Part shown: one piece after another, positions 22,817 through 35,740 of the stretch
Numbering within the stretch: the first letter of the stretch is position 1
Layout of the letters: each line of letters begins with the position of its first letter
Source of the DNA: Camelus dromedarius
Taxonomy: Eukaryota
Direction: 5' to 3'
DNA: 64,000 bases
Assembly (NCBI RefSeq): GCF_036321535.1
Contig: NC_087436.1
Coordinates: 77,998,001 to 78,062,000, forward strand
The notes under the pieces: generated by a model
Seen by the model: the letters and a program-made list of their open reading frames with translations, nothing else
Database searches by the model: none
Told to the model about the DNA's origin: nothing
Translations under genes and position numbers: made by a program

Positions 22817-25800
22817 TTGTAGACCCAGCCTTAGCAGTGGCCATGGCTATTGAAAATAGCTTGGAGCGTGAGCAACCAGAGACGCTGAATTTGGGGAATG
22901 TCTTTGGCCCTCCCTTGTTAGCAGCCTGTGCATACCCATACCAATCACATACTTGGCAAAATAAAATGGTACTGTGGAAGGGCTTGAAGTAGGCACTCAT
23001 ACACAAATCTCCGATGAATCTATGCTCCTTACAAGACATCTCTATTACCAGCCTTGTTCAAGAGCTTTTCTACTTAATGCTCCCCATTTTATTTAATGGT
23101 ACATTTATAGGCACTTATAACAAAAAAATTCCAGTTGACCTGGAATTCCTGTGAACCTCTAACAGTTGGTGACAACATTTATTTCTCTTATAAGAAAATT
23201 CCTAGGGAGGTTTTACTTTGAAATTTTGACTCTTACGTTTAATATCTTTTAGGCAGTACGTTCACTAAAGGAAGGTACTAGTTGAGGAAGTGGATATTGT
23301 TAAACACCGTTCCTTCCAAATTACTCAGAACAATACATAGCCAGCCCCCTTACAGGCATATAGGTTCACGTGGTGTTTCCTATATTGCCTGGAGTTTCTG
23401 CTTTCACTTCCACTTCAAGCATCCTTCCTGTACGTCACAGCAGGGGGTTCCTACAAAGGCAGAAATGAAACCAGCGACTGAAATAATGAAAGTGGGAAAG
23501 TATTGGTTTTCCCCCCTACAACTTCCATGGGTAGTTGAGTCAGAGTCCGAACTGAAGGAGGTCCTTAGCTCAGCTCTGCAGATGGATCAGCCTTCTAATG
23601 CTGACTGTCTCTGAGACTCCATCCAGGGGACGCATCCTGTGATCCTCTGGGATCTTGTCATGCAACCATTTCACTTGACAAGTGAGAAGACAGAGGCCTG
23701 GGCAAGCTAGTGATGAGCCCAAAGTCAGAAAGCCTGTTCCTAGCAGATCTGAGATGCCTCAAATCTCCCTCAGCAGATTAATTATGTTGCTTTGACTTAC
23801 TGTGTTTAGATTCTTTCTCAAAGACATCTCGGGATAATCTTTGCGAGAGGTGTAATATCTGACTTAAGTATTTTAAATCCATTATTGAGTTTCCAAATGG
23901 AAGTTTCTCCTCTTACAGAAATTCACGTTAGACAGCTGAAACTAATACAATTCTAATAAATATGATCGGTCATATATTCTGATTTTAAATTCCTTGCTAT
24001 TTTTCATGTACTTCAGAAGCAGAGAACTCAAAGCTGTGTTTTCTTTCTCAAGATATCTGTGAGGAAGATCAGTAATGAGCAGATTTCTCTGCATCATATA
24101 AATTCTATAATAGCAATATTCTTGGTTCACTTGGACGCTGTAAAGTAATACTATCTTCTACTACCAATGAATATACAAACAATATACCTGGTTTAAATAC
24201 TAACCAGCTGCTACTTCAAAAAGAGGCAAAGGTTTTATCTGTAAGCTGGAGAATATGAGAGATTCAGAAAAAGGGTGGCCTTTTAAAAATCATTCTTTTG
24301 AGTGAGAAAGAGAAGACAGTTTAAAATAAGCAAGATGAGCAAGAGAGAAAGAACTTTTTGACATCTGAGTGAGCAAAACAACCTCAGATGTCTTTGATTA
24401 GTGTGTTTTCACAGTTTGCTGTCAACAAAATTTCCATCCAAATGAATTCTGTTTTTTAGTTCATGTTTGTAAAATATGCTTTGCTAGAAGAATGAACTTA
24501 CTATTATGTAGTATGTAGTTGTATGATTAAAACTAACTGAAAATAAAATATTAAGGAAATACAACAATCTGATAAAGAACAATTATGTTCAAAATATCAA
24601 AATAGACAAATTCGTAAAGTAAGTGGAAGAACATGAAGGACACCAGGATGTAGTAAATATGCACATGAAAGTACATCTATTCAATATATTATGCAGTAAT
24701 TGAACTCTTAGTGGAGATTATGTAGGAAGGCAAAAAATATTTATGATATATTAAGTAGATGGGCTACAAAGTTTATATACAAAATGACTGGCATTAAGTA
24801 ACTCCTCTGTCTAATTACTCTTATGTAAAAGAAAACCAGCAGTTATTTAAACAGTGCTTCCAGAAAGGTATTAATAGCAGATTTCTTTAATTATATTTTT
24901 GAGATTCTTGTTTTTCCTTTTTTATAATTTTTGAATTTGCGTAAAATAACCATGAATTTGAGTTTTGAGAGTAATAAACATGTTTCATTTGAGGGTGGGA
25001 GGAATTGGAATCTGCCCTCCTTTCCACAAATATTATTTTTTCTGTCAAGTTTGTGCTCGATAAAGCTTTAACAACTGACTTAGAGTCCCTCCACGTATGT
25101 TCAAAGTACGCCATCTTTCCTGAATTCACCTGGCCGTCTCTGTTAACAAGATCATAGATGAGAATATAAAATAAAACAAAAACAACCACGGTGTCACAAA
25201 GGTCACACCCTAAACCAATAGACCGACAAATCCGACACACTGAAGTTCAGGCGTTCTGCTCCTGAGCTGATTCAGAGCTATTTCCTGATATCTTATCCCT
25301 ACCTTCTGTACACATAGCTATTTGACTTTCAAGCCCTCGGTGGATTAGAGACAACAAGTTTGAAGGGGGAGAGGGTGGAGCAGCTGTGGACACCCAGCAA
25401 CAAGAAAAGCCACAGAAAGCCATAAAGAGAAAATTCAAGAGAAAACCTTTAAATATCCAGTTAACCTGGAGATTGAGCAGAGGTGTAACTAGTTTAATCC
25501 TTCTGAGAGATCATCATAATATAGCTGTAGAAGAAAAGGAGTTAATTTTAAGAATAATTAACACTGAATAATAAAGGAAAGGCAAAAATATAATCAGAAT
25601 GCACTCTTGAAAAGAAGAATGAATTGTGTTGTTTAATACGATTTCCACTTAAAACAATGACAATATTCCTGTGCTTCAGGGGACAAACTGTCAACTATGT
25701 TGAATGACTCATCCCCAGATATTTCAGGATAATTTATTTTTATTGCAATCTTTTAACCTTTTGCTCACTTTTCTCATAACTTGAGAAGGCTTCCTTCTTG

Positions 25801-26899
25801 GTTAGTGTTAACCGAGTATTAGGACTACTGTATTAATAGTTCCCCTATAGACGAATACCACGTAGACAGAAGGTAAAGGCAGGAACGTGCTCATCCTTGC
25901 TTTCTGTGCATGTTCATCCCAGTACCCACTGTAGGCTCATAAATGTCTTACACCAGCCAATCGGTAAATTATTCTCGTGTGGCTAGTTCTTTAGTGCCTT
26001 GGCACACCTAGTTGCTTGCAAAGAACAGATTGTGGTTAGACTTAATCTGGTTACAAGAGCTCCGCCTTAAAAGATAAAAAAAATTGGGGGGATCTAGGAT
26101 CAAGGAGATGATAACAAAGACAAAGTGCCAACACAGAACCCCCAAATTCTTTCTCATCACAGAATAATAGTACTTCTGAAAAGAAATAATAAGCACGTCC
26201 TTATGTCAAGGGTGTGAAGTGTTTGATGGATCCTTGTTTGTTTGATCAAGTACTCCTCTTGCTACCTTTGTTCCCCAATTTAGGTGCTCAGGTTTTCCTA
26301 CCGGGAAAATTTCACTTTTGTTAATGTTAATCCCCTCTTTCTCCTTTTCTCTCAAAGTTTCCATTTCCCTAATATGCTAGTGTAGAGGCTGTTCTGCTTA
26401 CTCCCTGCCTTCCACAGCCCTTGGCCGCAGCCCAAGTCTGGTGGGTGGAGCACTGTTTGTCAGGGACTGTCTGGCTCAGAAGTGACAGGGCTTCAGCTGC
26501 AAGGCCAGGGAATAAAGGATTCCCCTCCCTTTCTCCTCATAGGATAAGGGATCCCAGAAGTTTCTCAGTCTCTGCTTTTTGCCCACCCAGCACAGCTCAA
26601 CATCTCCTTCCCTCCACTTTCAGCCTTCTGGGTGGAACACAGAAAGTTGAGGGCACCCATCATTTGTGCCTGGAAACTATCTACTTAGAATTCATATCTT
26701 TGAAAAAAGAAGCTCATCTAAATCAAAACAGTCTAGATCCCATCTTGTCAAGGGTCACGTCCCACTCAGTTTCCCACTTTCCACCGAATTTCTGTCTAGT
26801 GATTTTCACTCCCATTTCTCTCAGGGCCAAGGCCAGCGGCCCCTCAGTTATTTGCCAAGGAGGCTGTCTCTCTTCCATCAACTACTTTTTGTTTTCAAC

Positions 26900-27175
26900 T
26901 CAGCTTCCCTTTGTTTGGATTTCTATTTTTCTTTCCCGTGTCCTCTTATCTCTAAGCACTTGCTCTCTGACCTTGTACTAATTCTGCCTCCTCGTCTCCT
27001 GGTTTCTTTCCACGCTGTTCTTGACTCTTTTCCCCAGTTCACTTTCCATCCCTCATTCCCCTCTCAGTGCCGTCCATTCTCTTCCTCCTCTTAATCCTTT
27101 CCCTTATTCTTTCTGGTCACTTCCTTATCTTTTCTGTCCTTCATGTCCTGTTTGTCTTTCTTTCGCTCTTCCAAT
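26900..27175. repeat. CT-rich low-complexity tract
   Basis: About 270 bp strongly pyrimidine-biased on the + strand. Confidence 0.8.
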
Positions 27176-27499
27176 AAACTGAATCTAGCGAGAAGAAAAG
27201 ACATTTCCTGCCGGTGAAATTTTGCCATTCCACTTTAACAAAAATAAGCACTGCCAGTAGAATTGCTTAACATTAATGAAAAATAAATATTTGCAGAAAG
27301 ATAAGAAACAGGACAAAAAGTACTTATTTGCTATGGTTGAAGTTAAAATTTGAAACTGTGAACTCAAAAGAAGACATTTCTTTTAATAGACAATTAGCCA
27401 AGGTTGGCCAACTCAGTGTTAATATATCTAGGGTCTTCTACTGATTTCGTCCTGTTGAGTATTTTTGTCTAATATTGGATAGTTTGTCACTTCTTTGTA

Positions 27500-29390
27500 T
27501 GATTTTTGTTTTTTTAAAAATCATTAAATAGCTTTGTTAATAGCATGAGTTCATTGTAAAAAAATTTTTTTAAATACAAAAGGATATATATACCATGAAA
27601 GTTATTCTCCCATCTACTCAAACCCCAGGTCACTTACCCAGATGCAACCAGTTTAGGATATACAAGAAATCTCCATTCATAAATAATAATGTGTATATGC
27701 ATGTATATGTAGCTATATTCTTATACATCTTCAGTCCCCCAGTTTTACACAAATGGAAACATACTATACATAATGTAATGCAACTCACTTCATTTGCTTA
27801 ACAACATATAATGGAGTGAATTCCAATAAACACTTTCATTCTTTTCCATTGTTGTAAAGAACTCCATTTTATTAATACACCGTAACTCAGCAATTCTCAA
27901 AATGTTTTATCTCTGGAACTTTTACATTTTTCAAAATTACTGAAGGGTCCAAAGATTTCTTCTTATATTGATGCTTATATAATACTTATTATATATAAAT
28001 GTTCATGTAATACAAATTAATGCTGGGAAAAAATTTTAAATATATATTAATTAATTTAAAATGACAACTGTGAGCCTACTACATAATAACGTAAGTGCTT
28101 TTTGTAAAAATTAACTATATTCTCCAGACTTCATGTGAAAAATGTGGCATTGTTTTATAATTTGGTAGATCTCTTTAATGTTTGTCCTAATTGAAGACAA
28201 ATGGATTCTCATGTTTACTTTTGCATTCAATCTGTTGCACAATGTTGTTCTGGTTGAAGTACATAAAGAAAATCTGGCCTCTCACATAGATATGTAGCGG
28301 GAAAAGGGAGGAATATTTTCAATCTTTTCAGATATGCAAATATTCAAATTGTGAATATTCTTTTCTGAGTGCACTAAAACTCAACAAAGTGGTAGTTTTC
28401 TTAAAGGTTAGTCATAATATGGAATATGAAACCACAGCAATAAACTTTTTCCTTTACTTTGTTGCATGAAAATCTATTGGTCTGTCTTATACTTTGAATG
28501 GATCATTCATCTATATATGATTTTGTAGCATCATACATTAATCATTTCAAAAATAGGATATAGTGAGTTATGCAGATCTCCCAAATGTTGGTCAATTTTA
28601 TTATATCATATCATAACATAATATTTATTAATATCACCACCAATCTCCCCAGAAGTCTTTAAATATTGAGAACCTGTCAAGTTCCTAGGGGCTTTATAAA
28701 ATCTTAATTTTCTCTTAAAAGCTCAAATTTTACCATTGGCAAGAAATGTGGTCTATTGTTTTTCCCTGAAGTGATGAGTTCATCTCACTTATTTTTAAGA
28801 AAGTATCTGCCAAATACCCAAATCTGAATAACTACCATTTGCAATCAGTTTTTCAAGTAAAAAATGTCTCGTTTTAGTCCAATCTGCAACTCAGACAATT
28901 GCTTAAGTACTTTTCCTGTGCTAACCCCCAGGCTTCTGAATGCACCAGAGCTTTTTTCGCACATTTCCCATTCTGCACATAGAATATTAAAAGACAAGTA
29001 CTAAAGGGTTAAGATTTAATGAAATGGGTCATTTGTACTGCTTCATCAAAGACATTCTTAAGTAAAACTGGCTTTTTTAAAAAAATGACATCTATATAAC
29101 AGAATAAAATGACTATTAATTTGGTTTGGTGCCACTACCCTGATTTATGCTAAGAAACTTCAAATTTTGCCTATCATGATTTTTGCACTATCAGTGCAAA
29201 CATCAAGACAATGAAAAAGATAAATAATGTCTTACTATTATTTAGAAAACAGCTTTAATCTCACAGTCAATCCCAGGGGTCAATGGATCACACTTTGCAA
29301 ATGGCTGTTACCGCTTATTTAACCAGTCCCACCTCGTTGGACATTTAGATTGTTTCCAGTCCTATGCTAATACAAATTTTTGTATAAATC
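27500..29390 (-). mobile_element. Old L1M 3' region interrupted by the Charlie element (L1 parts about 27500-27887 and 29308-29390)
   Basis: tttacacaaatggaaacatactata...ttgcttaacaacatata...; resumes as ttatttaaccagtccc...ttggacatttagattgtttccag. Confidence 0.7.
27888..29307 (-). mobile_element. Charlie1a-like hAT DNA transposon, near full length (about 1.42 kb), non-autonomous
   Basis: Termini cagcaattctcaaa ... cacactttgcaaatggctg; internal tggattctcatgtttacttttgcattcaatctgttg...gaagtacataaagaaaatctggcctctcacatagatatgtag match Charlie1 as recalled. No intact transposase ORF. Confidence 0.88.
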
Positions 29391-30244
29391 AACTCAGATC
29401 AATATTCATTAATATTCCAGTTGAAAAATGATTTAAGCTTCAAGAGTATTAAAGAGCTAAAAGTTCTTTGTTTTCTCTCTCATCATGACTACTGAAGTAT
29501 ATATTCACAGCAAGTATGAGATCCTGTTAAAATAAAAGAGCAACCATTTCTGTTGCTAAAATGGCACTCTTGGGTTTATGAAGATGCCAGTTGGCCTGCA
29601 TTCTGAAATTCACAGGCTGAGAGGGTTTTATTCTGTATATTCTACATAGAAGGGAAAAATAGAGGAATTTGAATAAAATTGTGCTATGGTCTTCATTAGT
29701 TTGGTTCTTTGGAAATTTTCAGACACAATAGAAAATGGGAATTGACTTAGAATGTGTTTGTTTTTTTAAATAATTGAATTAACAGAGAAATTAAATCATT
29801 TAAGCATTCAAAATTATTTTCTGAGGAACCTACTATATTCAGTACATAGTACTAATACTAGGCATTGTGGAGACAGTAAAAATGCATTAAGGACAGATTC
29901 TGACTGCAAGGAGATTATCAACAGTGGTTGAGAAGCTTTTCCCAAGTAAATAACTGCAAAGATCAGCTCCAACTCTCCCAGTTTAAGAGTGTAGAGTAGA
30001 ATGGAGTAAGGTGGTGTCACTGTGTGCTCTTTTATCTTACTAACAATTAGGGTGACTATGCAATGCTGCGTTTATACCTGTTGTCTCAGCATAATTATTA
30101 ATAGCGTCTTCTTTCATTCTCAAAATTGTCCCAGCTTGGGCAATAGATCACATAATTATGTACTAATAGTAGATGAAGAGTTCCAAAAATCTCAACTTAT
30201 CATTAGACCTTTGATAAAACCCACCAAGGACTTTAGGTAGAAAA

Positions 30245-30454
30245 CAAGCATTTATTGAGCATCCAGTATATGCCCTATGTGCTTCCTATACAAATTTTAT
30301 TCTATATTTAACAATCCTATGAGAGTATTATGTCCTCATCTTACAGATGACGAAGCAGACTCAGAGAGTGCAATAATTTGTCTCAGGCTACAAATAAGTG
30401 GTTAAATTAGGATTTGAAAGCTTCTATCTGGTTTCAAAATCCATATTCTTTCCT
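30245..30454 (-). mobile_element. MIR SINE
   Basis: catttattgagcatccagtatatgcc...cctcatcttacagatgacgaagcagactcagagag...aggatttgaa. Confidence 0.85.
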
Positions 30455-30640
30455 CAGCTTTTCAGAGTGTGTTTCACGGAACCAGCATCAAAGTCATCTG
30501 GGTGTTTATTTTGACGGCAGACTACTGAGACTCTCCCCCAAACTACTGAACCAGAGTCAGTCACAGTGGGGCCTGGACATCTGCCCTTTTAATGTGCTCT
30601 TTAGGTGACTCTCAAGCAGTGGAACAATTGACGACCACTG
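30455..30640. mobile_element. MER5-family hAT MITE
   Basis: ttttcagagtgtgtttcacggaaccagcatcaaagtcatctggg...actactgaaccagagtc...aggtgactct...ttgacgaccactg. Confidence 0.8.
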
Positions 30641-33109
30641 TTTTAGATTATACCACGTAGGGAACTCAGCCACCAATTATTTCTTCAAACAAAAGATATT
30701 TTTCTAATATGCAAATGAAGTAGTGAATTGGTGGTGTTCAAATGTAATAGCACAATTCTACTTGTAATCTCCAATTTTCCTGGGCAATAGCCAGGTATAT
30801 ATGTTGGCTACTTTGTACAGTTGGTCTCTTCTGATGATTGAATTGACCATTCATTCTCTTTGGGAACTGCTTCCCTTTCTGAGAGGTTTTCCTGGACCCC
30901 TCAAAAGGCTAAGTGGAAGCTCTTCTGTGAAAAAGCCATTTTGTATGTTCATGTTGTAATTTCAGCAATGTTGATTGTGGTTACAGAGTCTCTCAAATTC
31001 AGTAAAGAACCTTGGGATAAATCATTTTTCTGATTATTGATATACTATAACTAGAATTAAATCCATCTGGCTCTCATAGCAATAAAGTCATTTAATAGCT
31101 ATTACTAAATTTTTTGAGATCTATTGCTCTATACCAGCTGAATATATCCAATTCACATATTTTAATATTAGAGAATAATAAAGATCAACTAATTCCACTT
31201 GATGGGACTTCAAAAACACACTCCTAGTTTACAATTTAATGGACTTTGAAAGGCAGTTTTCTTAAGCTTGCCACACCCTTGAATCTGCAAGTTGAATGTT
31301 GGTGGCTACCTTCTGCGGTCTCTCACCTCTGAGAATATCTGAAATGTCTTAGATCACTGATGCTCTTGGAATGCTCCCTTTACTTTGGGTTGTGACATAC
31401 ACTACGAGGTCTCATACATGGATTAGCCAAGGCCATGCAGTGATAGAAGCTTTTGCCTGGGAGAAAAGACAAATCCAGTGCCAAGTCAGGGTCCCTGGAA
31501 AAGCTGGGAAGGATTGCTAGATAAAAACAAGTGTTGAGGAAGGGTGAGGAACCCTTATCCAATCTGGGTCAGATTCAGTGGTCAAAGAGAAGACAGCTCT
31601 GAGGGGTGGCAGGAAGTTATCTAGCCTGGGTCTCACAGTATTTGGCTCTGGGGAGCCATGGTATGAATATTCAGTTAACCTTGGAAGCCCACGATGAGAC
31701 CAGTAAGGGAGGCAAGAAACGAGGTCCTGTCCAATGGAAAGTGGCCATACAGAAACTGGGTAAGAAAGTTATCAAAAGCTAAAGAATTAAAGGCAGTAAC
31801 TAGGCACCAGGGACCTAGAAAACGGGCCAGACACTGAGACCTGCCATGCTCAGAAACTTTAAGAGGCTTGATGTTCACAAAGCCAGCAGAGGTTCAACCA
31901 AAGATGGAGAGGAAACATCGATTCCAGGCCCCACTCACCAATGAGCAGGGATGAAGAGCAGCCCTAATGCAACAGCCCTTTGGCTCTCATTGGCCCGGGG
32001 CCTTGGTTGGTCTGAGTTTGGTGGTAACACCATCAATAATAGTTATTAACTCATTTGTGTATTTTAGTACAGTGTCATGGCTGCTGCCTTTTTCTTAGGC
32101 TATTTTCAATGTCCTACTTAGATTCATCATCAAGGATGCTAAATGGGCATCTTTGGTTAAACACTTTATTGAAGTTGGAAGAGCCATCATACCAATGTTG
32201 AGGTCCTGAACCATTTGTAAAAGGGGACCTTAATTTATCGTATGCCAGCTCCGGTTGATATTTTGATGTTTGATAGCTTCCCTGGTTTGCCTCATTATTA
32301 GAGTAAGAATGTACATATAATTTATAGGAGTTCAGATTGATTCCTGTCAAACTGAGAGACGAGAGCAGTCAGAGGCTCCTGACATAATAGCATGACTTCC
32401 TCCCTAGAATTCATCACATTTGTGAGCAAGGTATTTATATGGATGGCTTGTGAACACTTTTAATTCCTGAGACATGCATATTTTATCTTGCCTACGCTAT
32501 ATGCAGGACATCTGAAAAATATTAAAAGTAAGAAAAAGTTTTGTCCAGAATCAATGGTCTGAAGTAGAATTTGAGAAAAACGTAAAAGTACAGGGCTATA
32601 GTAAATCCATAGAAAGTGATTAAGAATCATTAGGAATCTATACTGATTTATAAGACTGTAGAACTTTCTTAATTATGATGCAAAATGGTATCAGTGTTTC
32701 TTGCTCCATCCTTAACATTAGCAGTTACGACCCTGTACATATGGGACTAACACTTGGGAATTTCTGTCAGTTAATCCTGTAGTTCTCTCAGTTGGCCTTC
32801 AGGAAAGTGTGGTGTGGAGACTTACTCCCGCTGATGATATTATGCTGTATGATACAGGAATGAAAGTATGCTGCAAGGATGAACAGCTTGGTAAGGATAC
32901 CGGGGACTGAACATACTTCATTACACACTGAAAAAGACAAGTCAGTCTTGAAGACTTATTTATGTGGTCCCTCTCTGTCTTGCCTTAGATGAAAATTTAT
33001 TAAACAAATAAAAGTAATGGATTCTTTTGAACCTGCTCTTACTCTGTGCTCATTTCTGACATAACTGTTAAATATTTCAAGGAACCATGAGCAGATCAAT
33101 GTGAGTTCT

Positions 33110-33170
33110 TCAGAAACTACTAGAACTGATAAATAAATTCAGCAAGGTGCCAGGATATAAGATTAACATA
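33110..33170 (+). mobile_element. 61-bp internal L1 ORF2 (reverse transcriptase region) fragment with flanking direct repeat
   Basis: 33111-33173 translates QKLLELINKFSKVPGYKINIQ (L1 ORF2 motif KLLELINxFSKVAGYKINxQKS); flanks caatgtgagttct / caatgtgcgttct. Confidence 0.88.
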
Positions 33171-34734
33171 CAATGTGCGTTCTCGCTACTGTTGGGTATC
33201 ACAGGCTTGTCTTCTTCAAGAGCCAGGGTTCAGGTGTGGCCGCAGGGAGGACTATGAAGATACTTTTTCCAGGGTCACCAGGAAAAAGTATTATTAGAAA
33301 GAACTCCTCTCAAGTCACCAGGCATGGCTATTTCAGCCCCCCACCTAAGGATCACCAGGACTGGAAAGACACAGATCAGTGATTCTCGATCCCAGCAGCT
33401 GCTGAAGACACCTGATACTTCTGTTCCCACTAACATATACAGACACAAAAGGGCTCCTCCCTGCATTTCATTAGATTGCATTAACTAAGCAAAAGTGGTG
33501 GGTATCATATAATGCACTGATGTGTGGTTCAGTGTAATTACTTTGCTCCAGCTGATTTCCTACAATTGTACCTTTCCTGATGGAGAGTGGGTCTCAACAC
33601 CAGTGACTCTGTTTCAGTGCTGACACATTTTAAAACAAAAACAGTCATAGGCTATCATTATTGCTTTAAAATAGTTGTTGGACATTCTGAAGTAAAGTTA
33701 TCTACCCTCCACTGTGCTGTCCTGTTTAAGGAGATGGGTATTGAGAAGCGGATATGAATCTTTCTAAGAACATGACTCTTATGCTTGGATCCTCAGAATA
33801 GAGATTCATTAGACAGCCAAGCCTAAGCAACAAGCAATGACGAAGAGGGGTCAGCTTGGTAAGCAGCCTGGCTGTTCCCCACTGGGGAATTAATCTGCCT
33901 TTTCTTCTATTGGAAAAGATCACATTTCAGCCCGAAAAGCAGCAGTACAGGCTTGGTCAAGGATCCCCTCCCCCATCCTCCTCACCTGCACACACAGATG
34001 GTTTGTGGTGGTTTCAACAAATTGAATGCAACTTCAGAGGCTGCTTTTTTTTTTTTTTTTAAGACTTGATGCAATTTATACAAAACACAAAGAAAGCAGA
34101 TAGTTGCAAAGCAGTCAAGAAACAAATAACTCTGGAATTTAATTTGCAGTTGCCTCTTATCTAAGCAGAAGTCCAAAGAACTGGTTGGATACCACTGAAG
34201 ACTTTTGCAAAATTAACCTCCTATTTAACTCTTTTTTTGATCTTAATGCTTTATGCAGGCCAACATCTGCTCACACATTAACTGTGGAATACTCCAGATC
34301 ATAGGGCCTCTAATTATTGGAAATTTCTTCAGAACTTGAATTTCACCAGCTTGACTTATAAGATAAGAAGATATCTTTGGTATAAGTACTGAGGTATAAA
34401 CCTGCTTGGTATTCTAAGGCAGCAACGTAGAGGACGATGCTTGTGATAAACACATGCTTACTTGTTTTCTATTTCACTTAAATAGAATGTAATAAAGCCA
34501 TGTTCTTAACTTGCATACATTGAAAGGTTTCAACTGAAAGTTACTACATTACAGATGGGTAACCAAGGTATCTCTGAACAACTTTTATCTAAGAACACCA
34601 AAACATCTAGCAAAATGGAGAAGCATTAAATCAAGAAAGAAAATTTAAAACAGAAGTTCATTTGAGCATCAAGAATGTCATACCCTGCACATTTATATGC
34701 ATTATAACCCCAAATATAAGTGCGTGCTGTGGAA

Positions 34735-34820
34735 CTGTGTTTTTTTCATGTTTGTATCCTGGACCCTGGCACAGTGCCTGCCTAGCACGTGGCAGATGTG
34801 CAATAAATACTAGTGGAGAG
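34735..34820 (+). mobile_element. L2 3' terminus
   Basis: tttgtatcctggaccctggcacagtgcctg...cacgtggcagatgtgcaataaatac. Confidence 0.75.
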
Positions 34821-35049
34821 AATTGTATATAAATACTGTAGAGGTTTCATAGCACCCCTACAAGTGTAAGCAAACTCATTCCTTAAGGAATGCAGGGGGC
34901 AACCTTGACTGCTGGTGTTTTGCTGTTAAGTCATTTTAATATCCAAATTTTCTCAATGTCTACCTTGAAATAACAAGGGCAGCGATACCACTAAGTTAAT
35001 GCAGAGGACAATGTAGAAAGAAAAAATAATTTAAATGACTAAGTTTTAA

Positions 35050-35740
35050 AACACAGATTCATACAGTCTTAGGAGAACCCCCACCATCAACTAGTACATT
35101 CTTTAGCCTTGGCTTAAACTCTTCTAATGACAGAGAACACAGTCCCTCCCCAGGCAGCACATTCCAGTTGGGGGGTAGCTCTAATCATTATAGAGACCTT
35201 TCTCATTTTGAACTGAATTTTGCCTTCAACCCTTTGGTCTTTTATCAAAGATCTCTAACTCAATGATGATCCTTCAAGGATTGGAAAATCATTATTATAT
35301 ATTCCTCCTCTTCCCTCCCCCAAACTGAGTATCCTTATTCAAGTAAATATTCCTGATTCCTTAAGGCCTGGTTTGCAGACCTCCTGTTTACTTTGGGCAC
35401 ATTCCTGTCTGCTTGTGCTATTTTTCTAACCTAAAATACTAAAACCTAAAGAAAAATCATTTTGGACATGTTTTTCTACATTCATTGTCTTAGGCATGCT
35501 TGACTCACACTAAACTTGAAACCAACACCACAAAGATGCTTTCATGTCAACTTCTATTAGGCAACATTGGCCTAGCTTTTATTTGTATGGTTCATTTTTG
35601 TTTCTGAGTTTAGAATTTTTTATTTATACATTAATGTTTTTCATTTCATTTTTGGCAGAATAGTTTTTCAAGCTACCATTATAGACTATTGAGATTTTTT
35701 GAATCTTGAGTCCGTCATTCATTTGACATTTGTCAAATTA
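35050..35740 (-). mobile_element. CR1/L3 LINE fragment
   Basis: gcttaaactcttctaatgacagagaacacagtccctccccaggcagcacattccagttg...gctctaatcattatagagacctttctcattttgaactgaa is the reverse of the L3 3' region. Confidence 0.75.

Noticed and set aside
24887..25240. 117-aa minus-strand ORF with a hydrophobic stretch
   Set aside because: Non-ATG start; the hydrophobic segment derives from an A-rich tract on the + strand; no recognisable family.
26421..27094. Overlapping 186-aa and 142-aa ORFs
   Set aside because: Length is explained by the CT-rich, stop-poor tract (Ser/Leu/Phe/Pro bias).
31380..31960. Purine-rich block that might be an old LTR
   Set aside because: I could not match termini or a family with enough confidence to call it.
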